44,182 bases of DNA from an uncultured Thermoprotei archaeon. GTDB taxonomy: Archaea; Thermoproteota; Thermoprotei; Thermofilales; B15-G2. Shown here one piece after another: positions 8,918 through 20,035 of the stretch. The position numbers and the translations under genes are program-made. Location: NCBI GenBank assembly GCA_965367815.1, contig CBDUKN010000021.1:1-44182 (forward strand). The letters are read 5' to 3'. A model generated the notes under the pieces. It was given only the letters and a program-made list of their open reading frames with translations, had not been told where the DNA came from and searched no databases. Numbering within the stretch: position 1 is the first letter of the stretch; every line of letters starts with the position of its first letter.

Positions 8918-9970
8918 GTGAGAACCTTGCTTAAAATTCTCGGCGTAGAAAGTCTAGGCGTAAGAGGCTTCTCATGTTTTATAAGCTCTGAGAGCATTCT
9001 TCTGGACCCAGGCATTGCGCTAGGTTATACTAGATATGGTCTTCATCCCCATCCACTACAGGCTATGAGAGGCTACTTTATTAGAAAAGAGATTATCAAT
9101 TTATGGCGTATATCGCGGATAGTAGTAATTAGCCATTTTCACGGAGACCATGTTCCTTTACCTAATGCGAATCCTTTTCAGTTAAGTTTACAGGCACTCG
9201 GTTTTTCACTAAATCTTGAGAAAATATATGTTCCTTCAGCTAAATATCTCCAAGGAAGATCTCTTCGAAGGTTTAACGCTATTAAAAAACTATTTGGTGA
9301 CAAAGTAGTCGAAATAGAAGGAGGATATAGTGAAGGAATACTATCGTTTTATGGCCCTGTTCCACATGGCTTAAATAGAACTGTTCCCGTGATAGCCACA
9401 TTAACAGACGCAGGGTCTATTCGCATACTTCATGCTCCTGACATTCAGCTACTACCTCAAAAGCTAGTAGAAATAGTCTTAGAAATTAAGCCCGAAGTCA
9501 TTCTTACAGATGGCCCCCCTATCTATAGATATTTGTCTGACCTAGAGACGGTAAAAGAACTTCTCTCACATGCAGAAAAGAATCTCTGTAAACTATGTAG
9601 AGTTGCTAATAAAATAATAGTAGATCACCATTTATTGAGATGTAATGAAGGATATGAGTGGCTTAAAGAACAGAAGAAAAGATTTATGAAAATAGGCTGT
9701 GAAGTATGCAGTGCTGCCGAGTACATGGGCCAGAAACCCTTATTGCTAGAGGCTTGGAGAAAAACACTCTATGAAATAATGCCTTTTGATAACAAGTGGT
9801 TCACTCCAGAACACAAGTATAAAGAAACATTAATAAGCTGTATGAGGGTTTACAAGCTGTTCATGAATGAACTTAGGAAATATAGCGAAGAAATAAATGA
9901 AAAAGCTATTGCCTGTATTCTTAACAAAATAGTTAATAAATCAAGTGACATAGTCGATCCGAAACAGTAA
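8918..9970 (+). CDS. metallo-beta-lactamase-fold protein (UPF0282-like)
   Basis: ESLGVRG, DPG, ISHFHGDH, DGPP and DHHLLR motifs. Confidence 0.8.
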   Translation: MRTLLKILGVESLGVRGFSCFISSESILLDPGIALGYTRYGLHPHPLQAMRGYFIRKEIINLWRISRIVVISHFHGDHVPLPNANPFQLSLQALGFSLNLEKIYVPSAKYLQGRSLRRFNAIKKLFGDKVVEIEGGYSEGILSFYGPVPHGLNRTVPVIATLTDAGSIRILHAPDIQLLPQKLVEIVLEIKPEVILTDGPPIYRYLSDLETVKELLSHAEKNLCKLCRVANKIIVDHHLLRCNEGYEWLKEQKKRFMKIGCEVCSAAEYMGQKPLLLEAWRKTLYEIMPFDNKWFTPEHKYKETLISCMRVYKLFMNELRKYSEEINEKAIACILNKIVNKSSDIVDPKQ

Positions 9971-9984
9971 AGAAACTAATACCT

Positions 9985-10689
9985 TCATGTAGCTGCAACA
10001 TTAGGTGCTTTGACATTATCTCTGATAATTTTTAAGATAATGTCAGGTCTATCTGTCACTATTCCATCTACGTCCATTTCAATGAACTGTTTTGCTTGGT
10101 TTTTATCATTTATTGTCCACGTTAATACCTTAAATCCTGCATTGTGGAGCTGGTCTATTATCCTTCTGTTTAAAAGAGATAAATGTATTGATACCATGTC
10201 GGCGTCGGCCTTCGAGGCAATATCTACTATGTCTATTGGTAGTATATTTATAGAGGCTATTGTCACGATGTCTCTGCGGCGCTCTTTAATCTCTTTTATA
10301 ACTGGATGCAGTTCAGATGTTACATAGATTTTTCCTTTAAAGCCGCTGACATCAAGAAGACTTAGCAGTTTATCAACTATGCCTAATTGCTTGATGTCTA
10401 TCATTATGTCAGCTTTACCATTTATCATTTCCAATATGCGGCTTAGCTTAAGTGGTTTTACGAGAGGATCTCGGTAGAAGAAATGATAGTCTATCCAAGC
10501 CATGATTTTACCGAAAATACTGGCTCTCCGTATAGGGCTCGGCCCGTGTACTGCATAAAAATCATCGTTAATGAACCTTGTGTCAACTTCTATAATGGGT
10601 GTGCCGACATGTAGATACCACCATAGGATTCTGAGAGTATTACCACGGTGACCTATAACTAACACCACTATATACCACTGGTGTAGCAC
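9985..10689 (-). CDS. glycerophosphodiester phosphodiesterase
   Basis: IGHRG, IEVD, IDIK, WTIND and GIVTDRP motifs; true start probably slightly inside the ORF. Confidence 0.85.
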   Translation of the reverse strand: MLHQWYIVVLVIGHRGNTLRILWWYLHVGTPIIEVDTRFINDDFYAVHGPSPIRRASIFGKIMAWIDYHFFYRDPLVKPLKLSRILEMINGKADIMIDIKQLGIVDKLLSLLDVSGFKGKIYVTSELHPVIKEIKERRRDIVTIASINILPIDIVDIASKADADMVSIHLSLLNRRIIDQLHNAGFKVLTWTINDKNQAKQFIEMDVDGIVTDRPDIILKIIRDNVKAPNVAAT

Positions 10690-10756
10690 TATTTTCTCTT
10701 AGAATAAATACATTACTCTTCTAGAAGCCGAAAGAAACTTGATGATAAATAAAGAC

Positions 10757-11935
10757 CTATATGTGATCTAGTGAAGTAAAGTGCATTGGCAGAGGCAGTA
10801 TTGATGCTAAAGCCGCGGGCACTTTAACTGGCACTTCGTATACTCCGTTGAAAAGAAGTTTTACAGCATCTCTCTCGCTTAAAACTACAATAGGCTTCTT
10901 CTCTTTACTCTCGATAGCTACACTTCCTTTACTTAGTTCTAAATGAACTGCTTCACCTGACTCTTTGATTTTAAGCGTGACTTCTACTTCTATTTCTTCA
11001 CATCTCTTTTCAAGTAACGGCCTGTATGCTTCAAGCAGTTTCTTTAAGTCTAGTATCTTTGCCATCGCCTCGTAGCCTATTCTCATTCCAGTAGACACCT
11101 TGAGGAGTTCGTGAAAAGTAGCATACGGGTAATATGGTGCGGCCACGACAGTACCGGATACACCAAATTCCTTTGACAAATCTGTTAGAAGAGAGTAGAG
11201 TAAATTGAGCAGTGATTCTGGTGAACCACCGTACTCAACTATGTCGCCGTAGCGTTCACCGAAGTGTACTACGTAAGCTGAGTTGTCTTCAGCGATGTAT
11301 GTTATTAAGCCGGGCATTTTAAAGACTCTTTCGTAGAAATCGTCGCTGCGCTCTAGTCGAAGAGGCTCTTTTTTATGAAGCTGCTTAATCACATTTAGTT
11401 TAGAGTAATCTACGTCGAGCCTATCGTAGTCTATTTTCTTGACCTTCGCTTCTATTTTAAGTGATCTAAGGGAAACGGTAATGTAGGCTAGTTTACCGGC
11501 GTTCTCGTAGCCGAAGTGCCCGTAGCGCTGACGGTCGCCCCAAAGTACTGAAAGAGGATAGCCGTCTTTCTTCATTTTCTCAATAGCAGCGTTCATTAGC
11601 TTCGTCATGTAGCCTCGTCCACGGTACTCTTGTAGAGTAGCTACACCTCCTATTCCTCCGACAGGTATAGTACAGTCTTCTACAATAAGCTTGAGAGGAA
11701 ATATGCCGACATGAGAAACTATTTTTCCGTCAATTTTCAAAATAAGCCTGTTCTCGTAATCAACTGTATCCTTGCACCATACATGAGGATATCTTCTCGG
11801 AAAATAGTCTCTCGTATGCCTATAACACTTCTCCAAGAACCGCATAAACCCGTCGTATTCCTCAGGCTTAAGATAACTAACACTCACATCTGATACTGCC
11901 ATTAAGAAAATAAATAAGTTAGGAATCTTCCTCAC
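10757..11935 (-). CDS. Eis-like GNAT acetyltransferase
   Basis: GIGGVATLQEYRGRGYM and YGHFGY motifs; C-terminal SCP2-like extension. Confidence 0.85.
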   Translation of the reverse strand: MRKIPNLFIFLMAVSDVSVSYLKPEEYDGFMRFLEKCYRHTRDYFPRRYPHVWCKDTVDYENRLILKIDGKIVSHVGIFPLKLIVEDCTIPVGGIGGVATLQEYRGRGYMTKLMNAAIEKMKKDGYPLSVLWGDRQRYGHFGYENAGKLAYITVSLRSLKIEAKVKKIDYDRLDVDYSKLNVIKQLHKKEPLRLERSDDFYERVFKMPGLITYIAEDNSAYVVHFGERYGDIVEYGGSPESLLNLLYSLLTDLSKEFGVSGTVVAAPYYPYATFHELLKVSTGMRIGYEAMAKILDLKKLLEAYRPLLEKRCEEIEVEVTLKIKESGEAVHLELSKGSVAIESKEKKPIVVLSERDAVKLLFNGVYEVPVKVPAALASILPLPMHFTSLDHI

Positions 11936-12101
11936 AAGGGTTCACTAAACTAAGCTATCTGAACTAATCTCAGTTATAGCTACAGAAGATAAATCTCCTT
12001 CATAAGCATCACTATTTTAGTTAAAATGATAAAACTTTGAAAATAATTAAATAAAGTGTATCTAATGTTAATAAAGATAGTATTGTTAAATTAATAGTGT
12101 G

Positions 12102-13388
12102 CTATGCACTTTTCTTTAATCTCATCCTTCTCCATAGAATCACAATAATTGCTATGATCAATGGAATAACCGCGACTACTATACCTATAAACCTTGGCAG
12201 AAACAGAGAAATACTCCTCCAAACCACAGGAGGCCCTATATCAACATTCGTATCAACCAGCCACATGGGCCACAGAAAAGCCTTTATCCCTACAGCTAAA
12301 AACACAGGCTCTGGCATGGGAATCCCCCATATAAGTAAACCTGTATCAGTATCATAAAAGTTGACTCCCTTTGCACTATATCTCCTACCTTCTACAGTCC
12401 ATAGAGTAGCATTAAAGTATACTATATAAACCCACTGGTCTTGAGGCTTAAAATGAAGAAGAGAAGCTTCTATTGATTCTTTACTCACAACTCCCTCAAA
12501 AACCTTGTCATATATTCCTACTAAAGTTATCTTTTTACCTACTTGTGGGAGCGGCCATATAAATAACCCAGTTATTCCAACTTTTTTACCTTTATAGTAA
12601 ACTTCTCTCGTTTCTAAAACTACCTCAATATAGCCTGTTTTCATAAATGAGGGAGACATAAACTCCTTACCATAAAATCTAGCTCTGTAGCCCACTGCTG
12701 TAAAGTTTACGAAGAGAAGTGCTCTTGATCCAGATATATTTATGTATTTCCACGAAAAGTATACAGTCCAGTTTCCATGAATAGCTGTATTGTTTTCAAG
12801 TAGAATAGAGGGTACACCCGGACTCCAGTATACTGCATATGTACCTTTTTTAAACCATAGTGGTTTACAAGCTATACGTGGTACTGGTAAAAGAGTTCCC
12901 AGAATAATAGCTATTAATAGTGCTGCAAGAACACGTCTTTTAATCACGTTCAAAATGTAAAGACTACAGCCCACTATTATTGCTATTAATCCGTGAATAA
13001 ACAAGTCTTTTTCGATACCATAAAATTCCGCCTTAAGATTTATAGTATATTCCTTTTTAGGATTAAGTGGTGTGAAAACAAGATATGAGTATGCTCTTTT
13101 CTCTATTTTAACTCTGTATATAAAACCTCTAGTATTACTCCATTTCTTTAAAAGAACACCGTTACAATATAGTGAAACATTCATTTCACCGCCTTCAATA
13201 ATTACATTTAAGTAGACTTCTCTAGGAGCCCATATGCCTTCTAAGGCCCTAATAGTCGCACCACCTGCAGTACCATAGACACATGTCAGTTTATTAGTGA
13301 AGTATCCCCTTACAATTGCTGCAGTAAGTAGTCCTATTCCACACGCAATTAATATTATAGCTAGAGTCCTAATATTCATAGATTTCAC
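12102..13388 (-). CDS. membrane-anchored hypothetical protein
   Basis: N-terminal, central and C-terminal TM helices; abuts the ABC permease. Confidence 0.7.
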   Translation of the reverse strand: MKSMNIRTLAIILIACGIGLLTAAIVRGYFTNKLTCVYGTAGGATIRALEGIWAPREVYLNVIIEGGEMNVSLYCNGVLLKKWSNTRGFIYRVKIEKRAYSYLVFTPLNPKKEYTINLKAEFYGIEKDLFIHGLIAIIVGCSLYILNVIKRRVLAALLIAIILGTLLPVPRIACKPLWFKKGTYAVYWSPGVPSILLENNTAIHGNWTVYFSWKYINISGSRALLFVNFTAVGYRARFYGKEFMSPSFMKTGYIEVVLETREVYYKGKKVGITGLFIWPLPQVGKKITLVGIYDKVFEGVVSKESIEASLLHFKPQDQWVYIVYFNATLWTVEGRRYSAKGVNFYDTDTGLLIWGIPMPEPVFLAVGIKAFLWPMWLVDTNVDIGPPVVWRSISLFLPRFIGIVVAVIPLIIAIIVILWRRMRLKKSA

Positions 13389-14141
13389 CTAATCTAAATC
13401 CATTCTCCTAAAAACAATAAGAGATAATATTAAACATATGACAGAAAAACTAATGTAAAGCACTAATGTGTAAAGTGCTCCTGACTCAATTAGTACCCTA
13501 AGCGGAGCTCGAGAAAGAAAAGCTCCATAAAAGCTGAGAGCCAGTCTATTCAAGTTAACTATATTTGCTAATTCCCAGAGTCTTAGTGCTCTAAAGAAAT
13601 CTGTGATAGATTCTACTATATATAGTGAAAAGAGAGTTCCGGCAAAAGATAGTAATGGTTCTCTCATTATTAAGCATAAAAGAGTCGCTAAACTAGAGTA
13701 AGAAAGCAACTTTAATACAAAAGTGACTATTACTGAAGTTACTGCTCTACTATCCACCGAGAAAACAATTTTCGCATAGAATATTGGTAGAAAGCATGCA
13801 GTAAGTAGAACTAAGAAATTGAGTACTACTTTCGCAGATAATACGTAGTCTCTTTTAATAGGATGACTTAGAAGAGACTTCATGAGACCTGAAGAAATAC
13901 AGTCAGCTATACTCTTAGAGTAAATATAGCTAATAATAACAACTAGAAAAATAGGTAAGTATAAACTTCCTGCTAATGCTTCGAGGATATATGTTTGATT
14001 ATAATTCGTGCTTACTACGGCCTTAGACCCTCCTAAGCTACACAAATGAAGAACAAAGAAAGCTCCAAATACCGCTCCCAAAACAGATGGTTTCCATGTT
14101 AAATTATATTCTAGCTCAAGAAATTTGAGAAAAGTCTTCAT
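13389..14141 (-). CDS. ABC-2 type transporter permease
   Basis: about 6 TMs; LLSHPIKR...AK motif; C-terminal FRRMDLD. Confidence 0.85.
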   Translation of the reverse strand: MKTFLKFLELEYNLTWKPSVLGAVFGAFFVLHLCSLGGSKAVVSTNYNQTYILEALAGSLYLPIFLVVIISYIYSKSIADCISSGLMKSLLSHPIKRDYVLSAKVVLNFLVLLTACFLPIFYAKIVFSVDSRAVTSVIVTFVLKLLSYSSLATLLCLIMREPLLSFAGTLFSLYIVESITDFFRALRLWELANIVNLNRLALSFYGAFLSRAPLRVLIESGALYTLVLYISFSVICLILSLIVFRRMDLD

Positions 14142-15034
14142 TTTCTCACCAATTTTTTAAATACTTCTTCTAGGCTCGCGCCCACAGTCTCTATTTTATA
14201 AATGTTGATGTTGTAGTCCGTTAGGAGTGCTAATGTCTTGTATAAATTCCATGCTTCACTAGCTTTTACCAGAATATAGTTTTCTTCAACTTCGATTTCA
14301 TATCCATAGTCTTTTAATAAGTTTGCTAAAGTATAGTTATCTGAGGAAAATATTTTAAATTCACTGTACTTTTGAGGAGAAATTATATCGCTTAGTTTGC
14401 CTTCAGCTACTATTTTACCCTCGTTTATTATTGATACCCAGTTTACGATTTTTTCTAATTCAGGCAAAATATGCGATGATAATAGGAAACTGATGTTTCG
14501 ATCTTTATTTAATTCAACTATTTTTTCTAGTATTTCTATTCTACCTAAAGGATCTAAGTTGGCTGTGGGCTCATCTAGTATGATTAATTCTGATTCACCT
14601 AGTAGTGTTTGAGCAAACCTAAGTCTTTGCATCATTCCAGCAGAAAGACTCCCAATAAGTCTATGTCTAAACTTCTCTAATCCCACTATTTTAAGAGCTT
14701 TGTTAATTTCTCTGAAATCAGCGTTATAGAGAAAAGCAATATATTTCATATATTTTTCTATAGTTAAGTGGGATGGTAAAGTTTGATTCTCTAACATAAA
14801 TCTCGCTCTTCTTCTTATTTCAAGACTTTCTTTCACAACATCTAGATCCAAAACTCTTGCAGAACCTTTATCGGGTTTAACAAGACCAGCTAAAATATTA
14901 ATGGTAGTTGTTTTTCCAGCGCCGTTAGGGCCAATAAAACCCGAAATCCCTTTAGGAACATGCATAGTTAAACCTCTAAGAGCCTCGATTCTCTCGAAAA
15001 ACTTAACTAAATTCTCTGTTTCTACCGTGTACAC
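14138..15034 (-). CDS. ABC transporter ATP-binding protein
   Basis: GPNGAGKTT, LSAGM, ILDEPT and SSH motifs. Confidence 0.95.
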   Translation of the reverse strand: MYTVETENLVKFFERIEALRGLTMHVPKGISGFIGPNGAGKTTTINILAGLVKPDKGSARVLDLDVVKESLEIRRRARFMLENQTLPSHLTIEKYMKYIAFLYNADFREINKALKIVGLEKFRHRLIGSLSAGMMQRLRFAQTLLGESELIILDEPTANLDPLGRIEILEKIVELNKDRNISFLLSSHILPELEKIVNWVSIINEGKIVAEGKLSDIISPQKYSEFKIFSSDNYTLANLLKDYGYEIEVEENYILVKASEAWNLYKTLALLTDYNINIYKIETVGASLEEVFKKLVRK

Positions 15035-15088
15035 AATTTTATAGAGTAAAGACCGATATATATATAGCGATTTGTACAGATATAATTA

Positions 15089-15532
15089 ATGCTAGGTAAG
15101 AATGAAGTTTTAATAGTATTTTTAGCGTTTGCATTATCAGTTATATTAGCGACGATAACTTATTGTAGCTATCCTGGACCAGATTCAGAAACAAAAAGTG
15201 TAGGCGATGTACTTCCCTACGGTTCATGGATCTTAAGAGCAAGCATTACTGCTTACTATATTACAGATGACCCATATCACTATGGAAAAGCAGTTCACAG
15301 TGCAGGCTCTAGTGCGACAGGCTACGTTGTATACAAGGATTGGCTTACCATGTATATGTATACAGAGAATTATGAAGATTGGACTTACACTGGTGGAGAC
15401 TCCATTAGTGTATCGTACAGTGGTCTATACACTCGATTTGCTAAGACTAAGGCTATGAGAACATTTGAAGACACTAGGCTAGGATACTTTTGGACTGCTT
15501 CAGTAGAGGCAGACGTGGTTGCTTCTCCCTAA
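15089..15532 (+). CDS. secreted small protein
   Basis: signal peptide followed by a Tyr/Thr/Ser-rich beta-type domain; divergent from the ABC operon. Confidence 0.65.
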   Translation: MLGKNEVLIVFLAFALSVILATITYCSYPGPDSETKSVGDVLPYGSWILRASITAYYITDDPYHYGKAVHSAGSSATGYVVYKDWLTMYMYTENYEDWTYTGGDSISVSYSGLYTRFAKTKAMRTFEDTRLGYFWTASVEADVVASP

Positions 15533-15690
15533 TATTTAAATTTATTTTTTACCCTCTCTTCTTTTGTGTTTCAGTGATAGTTTAAATATACTTTGGAAAC
15601 TATTTTTATGAAAACTTCTATTATAGTCAACTTACATCTTAATTACTAAAAACTTTTATTTACCGTAGTTCATGTAATATTAGGAATTTG

Positions 15691-15747
15691 GCTATGATGA
15701 CCGCTTCTGATAAGGATTTGCGGTGACATAAAACCGCGGGTCTGAGC
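15691..15747 (+). ncRNA. candidate box C/D sRNA
   Basis: ATGATGA at 15694-15700 and CTGA at 15742-15745, intergenic GC-richer patch; internal D'/C' boxes degenerate. Confidence 0.55.
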
Positions 15748-16021
15748 TCTTCTAATTTTCTGCATACTGCCCTAATGATATTGTCTTTGAGCCTACTCTT
15801 CTTTAACTATTGTTTAGTAAGCTTGGAAAACTTCAAATAACTTAGAAAATGTCTTCATTCTGTTAATTGAGATTCAGAAAACTTAGTCTTCTAAGGGAGG
15901 AAAGTAGGAGGTAAAAAAGCTAAGAATATTTAAACGAAAAGGTGCCTTTAAGTAGTATGCGAAACTTAACTGTAGACTTCTCTCATAAAATAATCTTTAT
16001 TTACTTGTAAACAAGTATTAC

Positions 16022-16423
16022 TTGGTGTCTGTTGTTTCAATAAGGGGTATTGATACGAAAATATATAGGAAAGTCAAGGCTATCGCTGCCTTAAGGGGAA
16101 TTAGGATAGCCGATGCTGTAAACGAGGCTCTGAAGATATGGCTTTCAATAAAGCCTCCTCTTTTAACTGAATTAGAGGAAATAGAAGAAGAAGCTAAAAA
16201 GAACATAAAGGCGTATGAAGCTATGAAAAACGAACTTTTTTCCAAATATAAGGGATACTATGTTGCCTTCAGTAGAGGTAAATTTCTCGGAGCTTACAAG
16301 ACTTTAGAAGAAGCTGCTGAAGTAGTAGAAAAAGCTGGAGGAAAACATGGTTTAATCGAGTTAATAGGAGAAGAAAAAGTAGAAGAGGTGGAGCTAGGTT
16401 GGAGTTTAGTGGAAATAGAGTAG
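16022..16423 (+). CDS. RHH + DUF5678-like putative antitoxin
   Basis: N-terminal RHH-like VSIRGID...VNEALKIW; KYKGYYVAF motif; coupled to an aspartic protease gene. Confidence 0.65.
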   Translation: MVSVVSIRGIDTKIYRKVKAIAALRGIRIADAVNEALKIWLSIKPPLLTELEEIEEEAKKNIKAYEAMKNELFSKYKGYYVAFSRGKFLGAYKTLEEAAEVVEKAGGKHGLIELIGEEKVEEVELGWSLVEIE

Positions 16424-16808
16424 TTAAAGGAGAATATAGTTTTGAAGAAGATCCTCCTGTACCTGTGGTATCTATTAAAGTATATTCTCCTACTAAACGG
16501 AAGTGCATAAATGTTAAAGCAAAAATAGATACAGGTTTTTCGGGGAGTCTACTTCTTTCACTAGAGAATTATCTTAAACTTGGGCTACACTTATATGAGA
16601 GTAGAAAGGTGCATGGAGTATTTGCAGGAGGCTATGGAGTAGAGTTGAGAAAATCTAGAGGTTTTGTAGAACTGAACAACACTTTAATGTTATGCGATAT
16701 TTATACAACCATTTTAGCTAAGAAAATATTCTCAGTAGAGCTATTTTAAATAAGTTTAAGCTAGTTTTATGGCCAAGGAATAATATAGTTGAAATACATC
16801 TAGTCTAG
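16399..16808 (+). pseudogene. clan AA (retropepsin-like) aspartic protease, frameshifted near its 3' end
   Basis: KIDTGFSG; adding one A in the run near 16723 restores NILSRAILNKFKLVL...HLV* ending at 16808. Confidence 0.7.
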
Positions 16809-16857
16809 AAGACTATCCACTAGCTAAGTTGCTGTTAAATTAAGTTAATTTACAAAC

Positions 16858-17349
16858 TTAGTCTACTGGAAAGGGCTGTGGTGTTTTAGGTACTCTTTCT
16901 AGTATCATGAATGTTTCTGTTGAAGCTATTTCATCTAGTTTAGCTAGGTAGTATATAAGGAAATTTGTTAAGTGGTCCCATGACTTTATCCATATTTTTA
17001 GGGCTATATCGTAGACTCCCGTAACTATGTAGGCTTCTTCTACAAAAGGCATGTTTTTCTTTTTCCTGCAGTCTTCTATTATTTTCTTGGCGATTTCGAT
17101 TTGATTGTATTTAGCTACTCCAACTCCTCTTTTTACTTTAATCATTACGATAGCTGAGTAATTGAAGCCTATCTTAGCGGGGTCGACTACTGCTCTATAG
17201 CCTACAATATAGCCTTCTCTTTCAAGACGGGCGACACGGTCATTTATTGTTGTGCGAGCTCTTCTTAGTTTTTTAGCTATTTGTGTTAACGGTATTCGTC
17301 CATCTTTTTGTAGTATTTCGAGTATTTTCTTATCTACGTTATCGAGCAT
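16858..17349 (-). CDS. Lrp/AsnC family transcriptional regulator
   Basis: LDNVDKKILEILQKDGR HTH; VTGVYD. Confidence 0.95.
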   Translation of the reverse strand: MLDNVDKKILEILQKDGRIPLTQIAKKLRRARTTINDRVARLEREGYIVGYRAVVDPAKIGFNYSAIVMIKVKRGVGVAKYNQIEIAKKIIEDCRKKKNMPFVEEAYIVTGVYDIALKIWIKSWDHLTNFLIYYLAKLDEIASTETFMILERVPKTPQPFPVD

Positions 17350-17393
17350 TGGGAAAGAAAAATAGAAGAGATTAATTAATGTAGTGTCCCACT

Positions 17394-18401
17394 TTAAGGC
17401 GAGGGAGCTATTCCGGGAACTTTAGGGAAAGGTACTGCTTCCCAAATGTACTTTAGCTTCATTACGTAGCGTGTTAGTCTCTCTATACCAAGACCGAAGC
17501 CCGCGCTGGGCGGTATTCCGAGATCGACTAGCTCTAGGAACCAAGAGTATTTTTCTAGAGGCTCTCCTAGCATTTTAATGCGTTCACGTATTTCACGCGG
17601 CCTATATTCGCGTTCGCCTCCATCTATGACTTCTCCGTAGCCTTCAGGCAGAAGTAGGTTGAAATCTCTGTTGTACTCTGGTTCATCTGGATCTGGCAGG
17701 TAGTAAAATCCTCTAGAGGTGACAGGGTAGTGCGTTATCCAGACGAAGTCTCCCACTATTTTGCTGAGAACAGTTTCTCCTTCTTGAGTAAACTCTTTGC
17801 CCTCTGGAGTCGTGTACCCGTGTTTTTCTAGTAGTTTAACTGCCTCAGTGTAGCGTAGCCTTTTAAAAGGCTTGCTTGGTACACGTAGCTCTACTCCATA
17901 TTTCTCTAAAATACCGCCGCACTTCTCTTTGAGCTTTGTAAACGCATAAATTATCATGTCTTCGGCTAAGCTTATTACATCGTCTATTGTAGCGTAAGCC
18001 CACTCAACGTCGAGTTGAGTAAATTCGCAGAGATGTCTTCCTGTCTTCAAGTTTTCTGGGGGCTCTTCTCTAATGTTTCTCGCGACAAAGAATACTTTCC
18101 CTAATCCAGCTACACTAGCTTGCTTATACATTATTACGCTTGAAGTAAGCTCGTATTCGACACCATAGAGTCTCGTTTTCAGTTTGCGCGCGCCTCTCAA
18201 ACCGGGGTCACTACATGGGCTCGCCATAGGTGCCAGCAGTTCAGTAAAGCCTTTCCCGTACAGGAACTCTCTGAGGTAGTACAGTAGCCACTGCTGTACT
18301 TTTAACACATCTTTGTACTTAGGCTCTCTTAAGGCAAGATAGCTATATTTTACGAACTCTTCTACTCGGCCGGGGTCTAGTTTTATAGTAGCCGACTTCA
18401 T
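17394..18401 (-). CDS. asnA: archaeal asparagine synthetase A (AsnRS-like catalytic domain without anticodon domain)
   Basis: class II aaRS motifs IREE...RHLCEFTQLD, GEVIDGGERE and AGFGLGIERL; no OB-fold. Confidence 0.85.
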   Translation of the reverse strand: MKSATIKLDPGRVEEFVKYSYLALREPKYKDVLKVQQWLLYYLREFLYGKGFTELLAPMASPCSDPGLRGARKLKTRLYGVEYELTSSVIMYKQASVAGLGKVFFVARNIREEPPENLKTGRHLCEFTQLDVEWAYATIDDVISLAEDMIIYAFTKLKEKCGGILEKYGVELRVPSKPFKRLRYTEAVKLLEKHGYTTPEGKEFTQEGETVLSKIVGDFVWITHYPVTSRGFYYLPDPDEPEYNRDFNLLLPEGYGEVIDGGEREYRPREIRERIKMLGEPLEKYSWFLELVDLGIPPSAGFGLGIERLTRYVMKLKYIWEAVPFPKVPGIAPSP

Positions 18402-18544
18402 GTGCGAATGGAAGGCTTTAAGGAATAAAAATATTGCCTTCGCTTAGACGTTTTTTAAATAAAAAATAACTTATTTAAACGATTTTTATCCAAAAAATAT
18501 TATATTTAGACGGAAAAATTCTCTAAAATCGTCTACTGTACGAC

Positions 18545-19999
18545 ATGGTATTGGTGAAGGTAAAGGCTATTATACTGCTTTACCTCATAATTTATGTGCA
18601 CAAGCTGGAGTTCTTAGTAGCAGGTCTCCCAGACGATGTAAGAAGATTAATTGAACTAGGAGAATTCAAGCAGGCTTTAGCCTGTATTGATAGATGGATT
18701 CATGATAAAAGAACACCTAAGTTAATGAAGTTGAGGCTAGAGTATGAGAAAGAGAGGCTCGCGAGAATAGAATACGATTACTCTTTCTCGAGAGAAGAAG
18801 CTTTCAATAAGCTTAAAGGAGAAATTCCTGATTTAAGTGAAGAGGACTTCGAGAAGTGGATTAAAGAAGGCTACATTGACTGTAGACTAATAAACGGCGA
18901 ATTAAGGTTCTTTAGAACATTTATACCCAATTTGTTTAGATTCTGTGAGGAGGCTGAAAAAAGAAGAATTAAGAAAGTAGACGAAAAGCGTGAAAAAGCT
19001 CGAAAAGCTCTCCACGAACACGTAGATAAGCTTATAGAGTTAGGGCAGAAAACTGGACAAAGATTCCTCCTTCCTGTCAAGAACACTATTAGAATGAAAA
19101 TCACTGTTAAGCCCAGAATAGTACCTGTCGGCGAGAAAATTAGAGTATGGATGCCTCTTCCACGCAGAGATCCTCTGCAACCCGAAGTAAAAATTATCTC
19201 AGCTAAACCTGAGCCTAATCACATTGCCCCCGAAAACCATATCCACAGAACAATCTACTTCGAGCAAACAGTTGAAAACGAAGATAAGAGCCTAGAGTTC
19301 GAGGTAGTCTACGAGTATACTGTAAGAGGATTTTATCTTAAAGTAGATCCCTCCAAAGTAGAGCCTTACGACGAAAGCGAAGAAATATACTCAAAGTACA
19401 TTATAGAAGAACCCCCTCACATAGTGTTCACACCTTACTTAAGGAAATTAGCTGAAGAAATAGTTGGCGGCGAGAAAAACCCGTACCTCAAAGCGAAGAA
19501 AATTTACTACTGGATAACAACGCACGTAAAATACGCTTCAGCCTACGAGTACTCTACTTACGAGTGTATAAGCGAGTATGTTGCTAGAAATCTTAAAGGA
19601 GACTGCGGAATGCAGGCACTACTTTTTATAACATTGTGTAGAATAGCAGGTATACCTGCGCGCTGGCAGTCAGGCTGGTACATTAACCCATATCTGCAGT
19701 CTCCTCACGACTGGGCCCAATTCTACATTAGACCTTACGGCTGGCTATACGCAGACTGCAGCTTTGGCGGAGCGAGAATAAAGGAGCCTAAGTACCATGA
19801 GTTCTACTTCGGCAACATAGATCGCTGCAGACTAGTAGCAAACATAGCTATCTCAGAACAATTTGAGCCACCCAAACAGCACATAAGATCTGATCCAGTA
19901 GACAATCAGCGCGGCGAAGTAGAGTGGCGGGGAGGAAACCTCTACTACGATAAGTGGAGCTATAAACTCGAGTTAATTAAATACGAAGAAGTAGCTTAG
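18545..19999 (+). CDS. transglutaminase-like domain protein
   Basis: GDCG, HDWAQFY and YAD catalytic triad pattern; true start may be GTG near 18596. Confidence 0.85.
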   Translation: MVLVKVKAIILLYLIIYVHKLEFLVAGLPDDVRRLIELGEFKQALACIDRWIHDKRTPKLMKLRLEYEKERLARIEYDYSFSREEAFNKLKGEIPDLSEEDFEKWIKEGYIDCRLINGELRFFRTFIPNLFRFCEEAEKRRIKKVDEKREKARKALHEHVDKLIELGQKTGQRFLLPVKNTIRMKITVKPRIVPVGEKIRVWMPLPRRDPLQPEVKIISAKPEPNHIAPENHIHRTIYFEQTVENEDKSLEFEVVYEYTVRGFYLKVDPSKVEPYDESEEIYSKYIIEEPPHIVFTPYLRKLAEEIVGGEKNPYLKAKKIYYWITTHVKYASAYEYSTYECISEYVARNLKGDCGMQALLFITLCRIAGIPARWQSGWYINPYLQSPHDWAQFYIRPYGWLYADCSFGGARIKEPKYHEFYFGNIDRCRLVANIAISEQFEPPKQHIRSDPVDNQRGEVEWRGGNLYYDKWSYKLELIKYEEVA

Positions 20000-20035
20000 G
20001 AAAATATAAAAATGTGGAATGATAAATTCCACTAG

